A stretch of DNA of 64,000 nt from Bugula neritina (taxonomy: Eukaryota; Animalia; Bryozoa), in the NCBI GenBank assembly GCA_964035545.1, contig OZ037767.1, forward strand, positions 17,948,259-18,012,258, written 5' to 3'. The notes beneath the pieces are model-generated. The model worked only from the letters and a program-made list of their open reading frames with translations. It was not told the DNA's origin and made no database searches. Both the position numbers and the translations under genes were made by a program. Below, in pieces: positions 63,505 through 64,000 of the stretch (within the stretch, counting starts at the first letter, position 1; every line of letters begins with the position of its first letter).

Positions 63505-64000
63505 CACAGTTAGTTTAAGGTCATTACTTTCCAGATTCAGGCACTGCTTTATGTTATATATAAACGGTTTCCAGGGGATAGCTCGAACAGTTTTTGTCTC
63601 ACATTAACAAATTTTACATGAAAAGATAGCTCTTGCATTCCTCTTTCATATACTTTTTTAATTTTTCAATAAAAAATTTTCTGAGAAAGTTGTTGCATAA
63701 TAAGTAAAATTTTACACCCTCCATGTTCCACTGCTGTAGCACAGGGGATTCATTTTATAAAGTCTAAAAGTTAAACTTGACATTCCTTGATATGTTTTCT
63801 CTAATATACTTTCTTTGTTTTTTGAAATTCTGTCTATGCTCTTCACAATTTGGTAAAAACATACACCATTTTGCAAGTTTCACTGCAATTTTCTAAATTC
63901 ATCATATGGTGGTTCTAGCTACGCTCCTGTGACTAATTATAACATTCCTAGTACGTTTGCCGCTCTGCGCTATCACAATAACATATAGTACCCTCTCGCA
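63505..64000. other. Non-satellite AT-rich flank with no ORF; possibly the end of a non-autonomous DNA transposon
   Basis: The 10-bp periodicity is lost abruptly and composition switches to T-rich. There is no ORF in the track. It contains short direct repeats and palindromes. The transposon reading is inference only. Confidence 0.6.

Noticed and set aside
67-63507. Hundreds of overlapping minus-strand Cys/Tyr/Val/Ser/Gln-rich ORFs, up to 384 aa
   Set aside because: These are repeat artefacts. The consensus + strand lacks TTA, CTA and TCA, so the minus strand has few stops, and CAT supplies an ATG in most units. All three frames give the same low-complexity peptide because 10 is not a multiple of 3. 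There is no frame preference or recognisable domain, and ORF ends follow random substitutions.
63733-63743. GCTGTAGCACA in the flank matching a satellite variant (e.g. 1911)
   Set aside because: It is an isolated 11-mer, out of register and without neighbouring periodicity, so it is likely chance.

Overview
This window is almost entirely one non-coding tandem satellite array (1 to ~63,504, continuing off the left edge). It is followed by ~500 bp of AT-rich unique sequence. The array is built from ~6,350 head-to-tail 10-bp monomers of two classes, A = ACTG(C/T)AACA(T/C) and B = A(C/T)TGAAATA(C/T), which mostly alternate as a 20-bp dimer. All are in one orientation, with an A-rich, G-poor + strand. 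The several hundred minus-strand Cys/Tyr/Val/Ser/Gln ORFs are artefacts of the repeat. I see no gene, RNA gene, CRISPR array or intact mobile element, and I cannot support a new protein-coding system here. The interest is structural. (i) There is a nested hierarchy: 10 bp, then 20 bp, then a few ~100-bp module families, then 130-860-bp repeats, then near-identical tandem duplications of 2,170, ~2,627, 2,980, ~5,783 and 6,185 bp, then long-range paralogy at offsets of 11-57 kb. (ii) The 10-bp register is strictly kept: only 22 phase shifts, which trace to ~6 indel events. (iii) Duplication breakpoints lie in 8-33 bp of in-register identity. (iv) The right border is abrupt and undecayed, with a small hairpin and transposon-end-like motifs. 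A eukaryotic origin is an inference; the organism cannot be identified. All alignments were done by eye with help from the ORF-track offsets, so coordinates and mismatch counts need computational confirmation.
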